Of a stretch of 47,497 bases of DNA, positions 1 through 7,375 are shown in pieces (position 1 is the stretch's first letter; each line of letters opens with the position of its first letter). The translations under genes and the position numbers were made by a program. Source of the stretch: a virus (Duplodnaviria; Caudoviricetes). The stretch spans positions 1 to 47,497 of the IMG/VR virus record IMGVR_UViG_3300033519_000251, one strand, 5' to 3'. The notes below the pieces were generated by a model. The model was not told where the DNA came from, ran no database searches, and worked only from the letters and a program-made list of their open reading frames with translations.

Positions 1-80
1 ACCCTCAATTATTTCAAGAACCTTTTTGAATCGCTCGATTTTGAAGAGTTCAAGTCTTCGGTGCTTTCCATAAAAGCAAG
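1..80. repeat. Imperfect terminal direct repeat (other copy 47418..47497)
   Basis: 74/80 identical; mismatches at positions 4, 6, 33, 54, 60, 63. Confidence 0.95.
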
Positions 81-861
81 CCTTGAAAAGAATGCCCGGT
101 TTTATGGAAATCTCAAAGCTGCTCATTTTTATGATGATTCTTATGATTATGCCTACTATGATCAGTTTGGCCTGCTCGACAATATCAAACAAAATAGCCT
201 TGGCCTAAAATACATCAGGCATGATCAGCTATTAGAAGGTGGATTTGATGCCGGTAACATGATGTCGTTGGTGATAGGACAAGAACAAGGCTCAACATAC
301 AGAGTACTCAAGAACATGTACATCCTTTCCCCAGAATGGATACGTGAGCTTGCTAACAAGTTCATTGAGTTCTTTTCTCAGCATAAGCGCAAGACCTTGC
401 ATCTTTACTATGATCGTTCAGCAAATCAGTACAGCAAAGCAAAGCAGGACTTTGCTTCAAAGTTCAAGCAAAGCGTTGAGAAAGATAATGATGGCAAAGC
501 AACAGGCTGGAACGTTGTACTGATGAGCGTAGGGCAGTCCAACATAACACATTCAGAAGAGTTTGATCTGATGAATGAGTTAATGGGTGGACACAACAAG
601 TATCTTCCTAAATTACAGATAGATTACCACGAATGTCGTGAGCTTAAGAGTAGCCTTGAGAATGCTCCACTAATGAAGGATAGCAGAGGCAATCTTAAGA
701 AAGATAAAAGCTCAGAGAAACTGGCAGCACAGCGCCTGCCTATGGAATCAACAAACTTCTCTGATGCATTCAAGTATCTCTTATGTCGTAAGAAATACCT
801 GAAGGTAGTGAAGCACAGGCATCTTACCACTACTCTTGGTGATGCTAAGATCAGAGGTTGA
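1..861 (+). CDS. terL: Terminase large subunit, C-terminal nuclease half (continues from 46578..47497 across the window ends)
   Basis: Frame +1 is open from base 1 (TLNYFKNLFESLDFEEFKSSVLSIKAS), the same peptide encoded at the window end. RNase H-like acidic motifs GFDAG, YYDRS, NFSDAFKY. Confidence 0.88.
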   Translation, partial: TLNYFKNLFESLDFEEFKSSVLSIKASLEKNARFYGNLKAAHFYDDSYDYAYYDQFGLLDNIKQNSLGLKYIRHDQLLEGGFDAGNMMSLVIGQEQGSTYRVLKNMYILSPEWIRELANKFIEFFSQHKRKTLHLYYDRSANQYSKAKQDFASKFKQSVEKDNDGKATGWNVVLMSVGQSNITHSEEFDLMNELMGGHNKYLPKLQIDYHECRELKSSLENAPLMKDSRGNLKKDKSSEKLAAQRLPMESTNFSDAFKYLLCRKKYLKVVKHRHLTTTLGDAKIRG

Positions 862-1010
862 TCTACTGGTTACCTTTTACATTATTTATGGTTTAGCTTA
901 ACAGTGGTTGCACTTATGCACCACTGGTGGGGCTGTCTGTCACATTTCACCTTTTCGGCCTCTCTGTCATGACCACATAGGGACAGGGCGGGTCGTCCGT
1001 TACTCACGTA

Positions 1011-1037
1011 AACGCCAACTTTTGAAAAGTTGGCGTT
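1011..1037. repeat. Perfect inverted repeat (13-bp arms, 1-nt centre)
   Basis: AACGCCAACTTTT-G-AAAAGTTGGCGTT. Confidence 0.9.
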
Positions 1038-1265
1038 GGTTTAAATCCTGAAATTTTGAGTTTTACTCCCATAATCTGTATTTTTTTAAAGCTGTATTTA
1101 CATATTCGCGCCGCTTTTTTCTTTTTGGAAAGAAAAAAGCTTGGCAAAAAAGAAAACTTCGCGCAATGGCTGAGAAATAATTGATGCGCGCCACTTTTTT
1201 TCTTTTCATGTACCGACAAAAGAAAAAACCTGGACTAAAAAAGAAAACCCTCCCTGCGTTTACTC

Positions 1266-1457
1266 AATTTGATGGCAAAGGTACAGCCAGCAAAATATCT
1301 ATGTAAAGCCCGGACGGACAATGCATTTTTATTTTTACCTGAGCATTGCCCGTCCGCCCGTTGGGTTTTTTCAGATATTTTTTAACGCTGCGCTAAAATA
1401 TCTGACCTAAAGGCTTGACTTAGAATTTTTCTTAGCTGTGGTTTCTGGCCATAAATT
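1266..1457. promoter_or_regulatory. Long fold-back element copy 1 (candidate ssDNA promoter or structured ncRNA)
   Basis: Complementary outer arms (ATGGC..CAGC..AAATATCTATGTAAAGCC / GGCTTGACTTAGAATTT..GCTG..GCCAT) and two inner hairpins. CAAAGGTA at 1276-1283 is TACCTTTG on the - strand. Confidence 0.7.
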
Positions 1458-1466
1458 TTTTAACTC

Positions 1467-1510
1467 ACCGGCGCGCCAGATGCCACAATAAGCCTCCGTG
1501 GGCAGGAGCA
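1467..1510 (+). promoter_or_regulatory. Two-hairpin 5' leader motif copy A
   Basis: ACCGGCGCGCCAGATGCC..CTCCGTGGGCAGGAGCA, ending 6 nt before ATG 1517. Confidence 0.7.
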
Positions 1511-1516
1511 GTAATT

Positions 1517-1660
1517 ATGAAAAAATTAAAAGGTCTTTATGATGCTTTTGTTGAATTCCTGGATGGTCTTTACTTTGAAGGCTATACTGAACAACTTAAA
1601 AACGAGGATCCTGAGTTGTTTTATTTTGAATGGGAACAATATCAGGGGCTTTTTTCTTAA
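1517..1660 (+). CDS. 47-aa acidic/aromatic small protein (absent from ORF track)
   Basis: MKKLKGLYDAFVEFLDGLYFEGYTEQLKNEDPELFYFEWEQYQGLFS; sits between the leader motif and a terminator. Confidence 0.75.
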   Translation: MKKLKGLYDAFVEFLDGLYFEGYTEQLKNEDPELFYFEWEQYQGLFS

Positions 1661-1666
1661 GATTTC

Positions 1667-1699
1667 GAGCCACGTCGGGGGACGTGGCTCATTTTTTTT
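1667..1699 (+). terminator. Intrinsic terminator
   Basis: GAGCCACGTC-GGGG-GACGTGGCTC followed by a T run. Confidence 0.85.
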
Positions 1700-1779
1700 A
1701 TTCGTAAGGATTAAGATTTTAAAATCGCCTGAACATTGGGTTCGGGTGATTTTATCTGGAGCCCACACACACTATTTAC

Positions 1780-1980
1780 TTAAATTTTATGACAAAGGTA
1801 CAGCCAGCCAAATATCGTAAGTAAAGCCCGATTGGGAAATATATTTTATATTTTTTAGCTGAGCATTTCCCAATCGCCCGTTGGGTTTTTTCAGATGTTT
1901 TTTAACGCTGCGCTAAAATATCTGACCTAAAGGCTTGACTTAGAATTTGTCTTAGCTGTGATGGGATGTCATAAATTTAA
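1780..1980. promoter_or_regulatory. Long fold-back element copy 2
   Basis: Same architecture with compensatory changes (TTATGAC/GTCATAA; CGATTGGGAAAT/ATTTCCCAATCG). CAAAGGTA at 1793-1800. Confidence 0.7.
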
Positions 1981-1984
1981 TTAA

Positions 1985-2025
1985 ACCGGCGTGCCAGATG
2001 CCAAAATTAGTCCCAGGGCAGGGCA
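1985..2025 (+). promoter_or_regulatory. Two-hairpin 5' leader motif copy B
   Basis: ACCGGCGTGCCAGATGCC..GTCCCAGGGCAGGGCA, 7 nt before ATG 2033. Confidence 0.7.
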
Positions 2026-2032
2026 AACACAC

Positions 2033-2239
2033 ATGACAAATTTAGAATACAAGTCTTACATCAGTGACATCATGGAAATGTCGAACAACGGAGCTGACCT
2101 TGCTGCAAAGCATTTGGAAATTGTTGAAGTTGTAAAAGTAAAATTAGGGGATTGTTCACACCGGGAACATCACACGTTGAAAGACATTCGTGAAGCTCTT
2201 AATTCAGGCTTTTATGATAAAGCTTATTTTGAAGAATAA
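2033..2239 (+). CDS. Hypothetical 68-aa protein (start moved from 1991 to ATG 2033)
   Basis: MTNLEYKSY...YFEE; follows the leader motif and precedes a terminator. Confidence 0.75.
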   Translation: MTNLEYKSYISDIMEMSNNGADLAAKHLEIVEVVKVKLGDCSHREHHTLKDIREALNSGFYDKAYFEE

Positions 2240-2243
2240 GAAT

Positions 2244-2263
2244 AGGGCGAAAGCCCTTTTTTT
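2244..2263 (+). terminator. Intrinsic terminator
   Basis: AGGGC-GAAA-GCCCT followed by a T run. Confidence 0.8.
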
Positions 2264-2352
2264 ATGGTCGTAAACTGACAAGGTAAAAATCCCGTGAACA
2301 TTGAGTTCACGGGATGTTTTTTTGGTGACTCGCGTACTAACTCTACTGTTAC

Positions 2353-2540
2353 TTAAATTTTCGGCAAAGGTACAGCCAGCCAAATATCTAAGTAAAGCCC
2401 GACCGGACAATGTTTTATATTTTTTATCTGACATTGTCCGGTCGCCCTTTGGGTGGCTTCAGAAATTTTTGAGGAAATTTCTGACCGCCAGGCTTGACTT
2501 AGAATTTGTCTTAGCTGTGGTTTCTGGCCATAAAATTTAA
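2353..2540. promoter_or_regulatory. Long fold-back element copy 3
   Basis: TTAAATTTT/AAAATTTAA closing stem; inner stems CGACCGGACAATG/CATTGTCCGGTCG and TCAGAAATTT/AAATTTCTGA. CAAAGGTA at 2365-2372. Confidence 0.7.
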
Positions 2541-2543
2541 CTA

Positions 2544-2586
2544 ACCGGCGAGCCAGATGCCAAAAATAGTCCGCAGGGCAGCGGCA
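2544..2586 (+). promoter_or_regulatory. Two-hairpin 5' leader motif copy C
   Basis: ACCGGCGAGCCAGATGCC..GTCCGCAGGGCAGCGGCA, 7 nt before ATG 2594. Confidence 0.7.
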
Positions 2587-2593
2587 TTAATCT

Positions 2594-2794
2594 ATGTTAA
2601 AATCGCGCTCACTGAAAACTCAGTGTTTTGTTATTCCAGGGAAACGAGGAAAACGGACTAAGTTTTTCCCTCAATTAACCCTCAGGGGCCGCTGGCTCGA
2701 AGAGGCCGGATTCGCACCTGATTACTTTGTTGAAGTTCATGTTCAGGATGGCAGACTGATCATTGAACCTGTTGGTGTTCCGTGTACCGCATGA
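2594..2794 (+). CDS. symE: SymE-family (AbrB-fold, type I TA toxin-like) protein
   Basis: PQLTLRGRWLEEAGFAPDYFVEVHVQDGRLII fits the SymE signature P-x-L-x-L-x-G-x-W-L-x-x-x-G-F. Confidence 0.8.
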   Translation: MLKSRSLKTQCFVIPGKRGKRTKFFPQLTLRGRWLEEAGFAPDYFVEVHVQDGRLIIEPVGVPCTA

Positions 2795-2985
2795 ACCGGC
2801 CTCCCTATCAAGGGGAACCCAGGCTGACAAAAACCCGCTATCCGATAATCTGCCACTGTGGTGCGCGGGTAAAGGCCGGAGATTTCATTATCCATTTTCC
2901 GATTTCACAAAATGCCAAGTGCTATAAGTGCGGCAAATGGGATTATGAATCGGTTTTCCGGAAAAAACTTTCACTTCCTATTTAA
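2791..2985 (+). CDS. Small Cys-rich putative Zn-ribbon protein, paralog of 3913..4122
   Basis: YQGEPR..T..CHC..V..GD.I..FP...AKCYKCG..DY; its ATG overlaps the symE stop. Confidence 0.65.
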   Translation: MNRPPYQGEPRLTKTRYPIICHCGARVKAGDFIIHFPISQNAKCYKCGKWDYESVFRKKLSLPI

Positions 2986-2993
2986 TTTTTTAA

Positions 2994-3036
2994 ACCGGCG
3001 TGCCAGATGCCAACATAAGTCCGCAGGGCAGCGGCA
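2994..3036 (+). promoter_or_regulatory. Two-hairpin 5' leader motif copy D (no long fold-back upstream)
   Basis: ACCGGCGTGCCAGATGCC..GTCCGCAGGGCAGCGGCA, 7 nt before the ardC ATG 3044. Confidence 0.7.
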
Positions 3037-3043
3037 CTTTTTT

Positions 3044-3916
3044 ATGTCAAAAACAACTGAAATTTATCAAAAGGTTACTGATCTGATTATCGGTAAACTT
3101 GAAACTGCCGGATCGTGGCAGAAGCTTTGGGATGTTCCGCCACCGGTGAGCCTTAATGGGCATGTTTACCGGGGCATCAACTTCATGCTTTTGTCGAGCG
3201 ATCATTACACTATGCCTGTTTATGGCACTTTTGAACAGATCCGCAAGAATGGCGGTGCTGTAAAAAAGGGTGAAAAATCGACAATTATCGTTTTTTGGAA
3301 GCGATTGATTGAGGAACAGCCTGATGGCAAGAAGGATGTGAAATACTTCCTGAAGTACTACAATGTTTTTAATGTTGACCAGGCTGAATTTGACGAGATC
3401 GGTAAAAAGCACATTTCCGAACTTTGTAATCTTTCGTATGATCAACGTTTCCAAAGGAGCATGCCGGCTGAAAACATCATCAACGATATGCAGAATCCTC
3501 CTAAAATTGTCTTTACAAAGGATGATAGCTGCACTTACAACCGTGTTACTGATGTGGTGAAAATTCCTGAAATGAAGTGGTTTGTAAGTTCGGATGAATA
3601 CTATGCTTCGTTGTTTCATGAGATTGTGCATGCTTCTGGCCACCCATCAAGGCTTAACCGTGATGCTTCGTACAAGGATTTTAACGAAAGCCGGCAGGAC
3701 AGCTACTCGAAAGAAGAACTTGTGGCTGAACTGGGTGCTTCGTTCCTTTGCTCGGTAGCCGGGCTGAACTACAACATTAATAATTCGGCGGCTTACATTG
3801 CTGGCTGGAGTAAACGCCTGAAGGAAAACACAAACTGGATTGTGTGGGCTTCGCGACGTGCTGAAATGGCTGCTGATTTTATACTTAACAAAGTTGAAAA
3901 GGAGGCTACCGTATGA
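3044..3916 (+). CDS. ardC: ArdC-family antirestriction protein (ssDNA-binding N-domain plus zincin-like metallopeptidase domain)
   Basis: YRGIN, YGTFEQ, VKKGEKS, VFNVDQ, then HEIVHASGH..RLNR and YSKEELVAELGA. Start moved to MSKTT. Confidence 0.9.
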   Translation: MSKTTEIYQKVTDLIIGKLETAGSWQKLWDVPPPVSLNGHVYRGINFMLLSSDHYTMPVYGTFEQIRKNGGAVKKGEKSTIIVFWKRLIEEQPDGKKDVKYFLKYYNVFNVDQAEFDEIGKKHISELCNLSYDQRFQRSMPAENIINDMQNPPKIVFTKDDSCTYNRVTDVVKIPEMKWFVSSDEYYASLFHEIVHASGHPSRLNRDASYKDFNESRQDSYSKEELVAELGASFLCSVAGLNYNINNSAAYIAGWSKRLKENTNWIVWASRRAEMAADFILNKVEKEATV

Positions 3917-4122
3917 CACGCTACCAGAATGATCCCAGGATTATGAAAACAAAATTCGCTTTTACCTGCAAATCGTGCAGATGTGCGGTGAGCAAAGGCG
4001 ATGATATTGTGTATTTTCCTGCTACCAAGACTGCCAAATGCTTCAAATGCGGCGAAAAGGATTATAATTCTTTTGTTGAATCGGCTATTGATGAAGATTT
4101 CTATAATGGCAGAACGTACTAA
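3913..4122 (+). CDS. Small Cys-rich putative Zn-ribbon protein, paralog of 2791..2985
   Basis: YQNDPR..T..CKSC..V..GD.IVYFP...AKCFKCG..DY. Confidence 0.75.
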   Translation: MTRYQNDPRIMKTKFAFTCKSCRCAVSKGDDIVYFPATKTAKCFKCGEKDYNSFVESAIDEDFYNGRTY

Positions 4123-4125
4123 ATG

Positions 4126-4154
4126 AAAAGGGGCCTTTGGTCCCTCTTTTTTTT
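4126..4154 (+). terminator. Probable intrinsic terminator
   Basis: AAAAGGGGCC-TTT-GGTCCCTC followed by a T run. Confidence 0.65.
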
Positions 4155-4175
4155 AATCATTAAATTATGTTAATA

Positions 4176-4208
4176 TTGTTAAATGTATCAAATATGATAC
4201 TATCTTTA
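4176..4208 (+). promoter_or_regulatory. Probable promoter with overlapping palindromic operator
   Basis: TTG at 4176; GTATCA-N4-TGATAC at 4185-4200; TATCTTTA at 4201-4208 (one mismatch to TAnnTTTG). Confidence 0.5.
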
Positions 4209-4257
4209 CGTCATTAATTAAAGCTGGCGGCAACAGTTACAATACGGCATCAATAAA

Positions 4258-4593
4258 ATGGCAACTTTAACAACAAATTCCGGAAAAGAAGTAAAAACCT
4301 GGTGGGAAATGTACAAAGAACTTCATTGCATTGAAGGATCGTTCTCACGTGGAAGGCACACCCTGATTGGTGATTTCGTTTACAACGGCAATCCAGTTGT
4401 AATCTACAAACACTGGTCAACTGACAACGAAAATTGGGGAATTTACACCGATGAAACCTTGGCAAACAAAATAGGCCAGGTTGTAGTTGAAAGAAATGGT
4501 TGGTATCCTGTTTTAGACGCTAACGGGAAACAACAAGTTGATGAAGCTGGTTATGATGTAGTTGACCAAGTTTTACAATTTGATGAAAACTAA
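4258..4593 (+). CDS. Hypothetical protein
   Basis: 111-aa ORF with A-rich leader; first gene of a coupled operon. Confidence 0.75.
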   Translation: MATLTTNSGKEVKTWWEMYKELHCIEGSFSRGRHTLIGDFVYNGNPVVIYKHWSTDNENWGIYTDETLANKIGQVVVERNGWYPVLDANGKQQVDEAGYDVVDQVLQFDEN

Positions 4594-4903
4594 AGCCTAT
4601 TCAGTACGCTTACAAAGCCTGGTCAGTATATCTGACCGGGCTTTTAAGGCCATTGCCTTTGATGGATCGGAGGCAATAATACCAAAAAGCCAGGTTTTTG
4701 GGGATGATTTTGATGTGAAAAAGTCAGATGCTTACTGGATAAGTGCCTGGATACTTGAAAATAAAGAATTGCAGTATTCCGATAAAAAGCTTGCATGGTT
4801 TAATGAGCATGGCCGGATGCAGCCTACCTACCATATCGAAAAACATAAACCTGATCATATTAATCCTGTAAAATCGAACATCCATGAAGAGCTTGTACGC
4901 TGA
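4583..4903 (+). CDS. Hypothetical protein (start MKTKAY)
   Basis: Overlaps both neighbouring genes in the operon. Confidence 0.75.
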   Translation: MKTKAYSVRLQSLVSISDRAFKAIAFDGSEAIIPKSQVFGDDFDVKKSDAYWISAWILENKELQYSDKKLAWFNEHGRMQPTYHIEKHKPDHINPVKSNIHEELVR

Positions 4904-6104
4904 TCAACAGCAAGCCATCGGTAAACTCGGTGAGTTTAAAGTTGGCGCTTTGTTTATGGAGGCCGGAACCGGTAAGACCAGGCCAACATTGAACCTCGTG
5001 AACTCGGTTCCAGATGTTGACCTGGTTGTTTGGGTAGGTCCTTTGCGCTCGATACGTCCATTGAATGGGTTGCCATCTATTATTGATGAGATAAATAAAT
5101 GGGGTGGTTTCGTTTCTCCGGTAATCTATGCAGGCGTAGAAAGCCTGCAGAGTTCAGACAAACAGTATCTTGAGCTTTACAACCGGATAAATCAGGCATC
5201 GAAGCCATTTATTGTGGTTGACGAGAGCTTGAAGATAAAGAATTTTGATGCTAAACGAACTAAACGCCTGATTGCTCTTGGCGAAATGGCTGATTATAAA
5301 CTGATACTGAATGGCACACCAATTACCCGTAATTTGCTTGATTTGTGGAGCCAAATGGAATTTTTGTCGACAAAAATCCTGAACATGGGCATTGCCGAGT
5401 TTAAAAATACCTTTTGCGCCTATACCCGCGTGACTAAATTGATGGGTGGACACCGGCAATACACCCGTGAATTCATTACAGGATACGAAAACATTGATTA
5501 TCTGTATTCATTGATCCGGCATTACGTGTACGAATGTGATCTGAAACTGGAAATAAGCCAACTTTGGAATGTTTTGAATTACAAAATTGATGATGTGTCG
5601 AAGCAATTATACAACGAATTAAAGTCGAAATACCTTGATAATGAGGTTTTGAAGTGGAAAAATAATAATATTTTTCTTGAAATGACACAAAAGATGCAAC
5701 ATGTGTACTGCTGCACCGATGAAAAGTTTGAGTTGATTGAAAAGCATTTCAAAGAATTCCCGGAAGAAAAGCATATCATTTTTTGTAAGTATGTTGACAG
5801 CCGGGAGGCTTGTGAGAAACAATTTAAAAAGGCAACAGTCTTGAGCTATCAGAAAGAAAGCCTAAGCCTGAACCTTCAACATCTGCCATTTACCATTTTC
5901 TTTGATAAAAACTGGGATTACGCACTTAGGCACCAGGGCAGTCGAAGGAATTACCGAACAGGGCAGGAATACGACTGCCGGTATTGGGATTTAACCGGTG
6001 ATGTTGGACTTGAAAGCCTGATTGATAAAAATATCAGCAAAAAAACAAGCCAGGCAGAGTATTTTAAAGGCATCACAAAAAAGGAACTGGAGGAAGTGTT
6101 ATGA
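4884..6104 (+). CDS. SNF2-like SF2 helicase/ATPase
   Basis: Walker A MEAGTGKT, Walker B VVDES, LNGTP, DLWSQ, and motif VI-like QGSRRNYRTGQ. Confidence 0.88.
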   Translation: MKSLYADQQQAIGKLGEFKVGALFMEAGTGKTRPTLNLVNSVPDVDLVVWVGPLRSIRPLNGLPSIIDEINKWGGFVSPVIYAGVESLQSSDKQYLELYNRINQASKPFIVVDESLKIKNFDAKRTKRLIALGEMADYKLILNGTPITRNLLDLWSQMEFLSTKILNMGIAEFKNTFCAYTRVTKLMGGHRQYTREFITGYENIDYLYSLIRHYVYECDLKLEISQLWNVLNYKIDDVSKQLYNELKSKYLDNEVLKWKNNNIFLEMTQKMQHVYCCTDEKFELIEKHFKEFPEEKHIIFCKYVDSREACEKQFKKATVLSYQKESLSLNLQHLPFTIFFDKNWDYALRHQGSRRNYRTGQEYDCRYWDLTGDVGLESLIDKNISKKTSQAEYFKGITKKELEEVL

Positions 6105-7375
6105 ATGTTTATGAAGCTTCGCAAATGAGGTTGAAAACCTTGTTTGATGATTTTGATAATGTTTGTGTTTCGTTTTCGGGCGGTAAGGATAGCGGTGTGT
6201 TACTGAACCTTTGTATTGATTACATCAGAAAATATGAACCACATCGGATTTTATCAGTTTTCCATATGGATTATGAGGCACAGTATCAGATGACAACTGA
6301 TTATGTTAATAAAACATTGGCTGAAAATCAGGATATTCTCCATGTTTATCGCTGCTGCGTTCCGTTTAAAGTTACTACTTGTACTTCGATGCACCAGGAT
6401 CACTGGCGCCCTTGGGAACAATCGAAACGGAATATCTGGGTGAGTAAAATGCCTAACAACTGTTACACCAGAAAGTATTTTGACTTTTTCCATGATGATA
6501 TGTGGGATTATGAGTTCCAGGAGAAATTCAGCCTTTGGCTTCACAAGATTAAGCGCGCTAAACGAACAGCTTGCTTAGTTGGAATACGCACTCAGGAATC
6601 GCTTAACCGATGGAGAGCCATACACAGTGAAAGGAACTACAGGAACTATAATGGGTTGAAATGGACCAATGAAATGTTTCCGGATGTTTACAACGCCTAC
6701 CCGATTTATGACTGGCTTACAACCGATATCTGGACGGCAAATGGTAAGTTTGGTTGGACATACAACCGACTTTATGATTTGTATTACAAAGCAGGTGTTC
6801 CATTGGAAAAACAAAGGGTTGCAAGCCCGTTTCTTTCGGCTGCCCAGGATAGTTTGAAACTTTACCGGATTATTGAACCTCATACGTGGGGCAAGTTGAT
6901 CAGCCGGGTTAATGGTGTAAACTTTACCGGAATTTATGGCGGCACTACTACCATGGGCTGGCAATCTATAAAGCTCCCATCAGGGCATACATGGGAAAGT
7001 TACATGCACTTTCTGCTTAGTACGCTTCCCGATGATGCAAGAGCAAATTACTTAGATAAACTTTCGGTATCAATAAAATTCTGGAAAGAAAAGGGTGGCG
7101 TACTTTCGGATGAAACCATTCAGAAACTTAAAGCCTCCAGAGTAAAATTTGAGATCTCAAAAACTACCAATTACCAGACCTCAAAGCACCCGGTAAGGAT
7201 GGATTACATTGATGAGATTGATATTGCTGAAGCAAAAGAAATACCGACTTTCAAAAGGATGTGCATCTGCATTATGAAGAATGATCATTTATGCAAATAC
7301 ATGGGTTTTACCCAAACAAAAAATGAGATGGCAAGACGTAAAAATATTATGAAAAAATATAAAAACCTGTTATGA
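6101..7375 (+). CDS. ibrA: IbrA/YbdN-like PAPS-reductase-family (PP-loop, DUF3440) protein
   Basis: SFSGGKDSG PP-loop, VGIRTQESLNR, YPIYDW, QRVASPF, CIMKNDHLC. Confidence 0.88.
   Translation: MNVYEASQMRLKTLFDDFDNVCVSFSGGKDSGVLLNLCIDYIRKYEPHRILSVFHMDYEAQYQMTTDYVNKTLAENQDILHVYRCCVPFKVTTCTSMHQDHWRPWEQSKRNIWVSKMPNNCYTRKYFDFFHDDMWDYEFQEKFSLWLHKIKRAKRTACLVGIRTQESLNRWRAIHSERNYRNYNGLKWTNEMFPDVYNAYPIYDWLTTDIWTANGKFGWTYNRLYDLYYKAGVPLEKQRVASPFLSAAQDSLKLYRIIEPHTWGKLISRVNGVNFTGIYGGTTTMGWQSIKLPSGHTWESYMHFLLSTLPDDARANYLDKLSVSIKFWKEKGGVLSDETIQKLKASRVKFEISKTTNYQTSKHPVRMDYIDEIDIAEAKEIPTFKRMCICIMKNDHLCKYMGFTQTKNEMARRKNIMKKYKNLL

Noticed and set aside
1467-1510. Leader motif as a known self-cleaving ribozyme (HDV/theta, pistol, hammerhead)
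   Set aside because: I could not fit the required catalytic cores or nested pseudoknot by eye; left as an unknown motif pending a CM search.
2301-2540. Similar ORFs 2301..2540 and 8240..8449 (AKVQP..YLSKARPDNVLYFL), also 1539..1820
   Set aside because: They are translations of the fold-back repeat. Copies 1 and 2 have frame-breaking indels, and the variation preserves base pairing rather than codons.
1266-2586. CRISPR array or integron attC array
   Set aside because: Repeats are ~200 nt with gene-sized spacers; no cas genes, no GTTRRRY/RYYYAAC ends and no integron integrase.
2912-3043. N-terminal extension of ArdC in the ORF track
   Set aside because: It overlaps the upstream gene and the leader motif; the family-like sequence begins at ATG 3044.
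4222-4257. CTGGCGGCAACAG..ACGGCA before ORF 4258 as a sixth leader copy
   Set aside because: It shares only CTGGCG and GGCA and lacks the GCCAGA loop and second hairpin.
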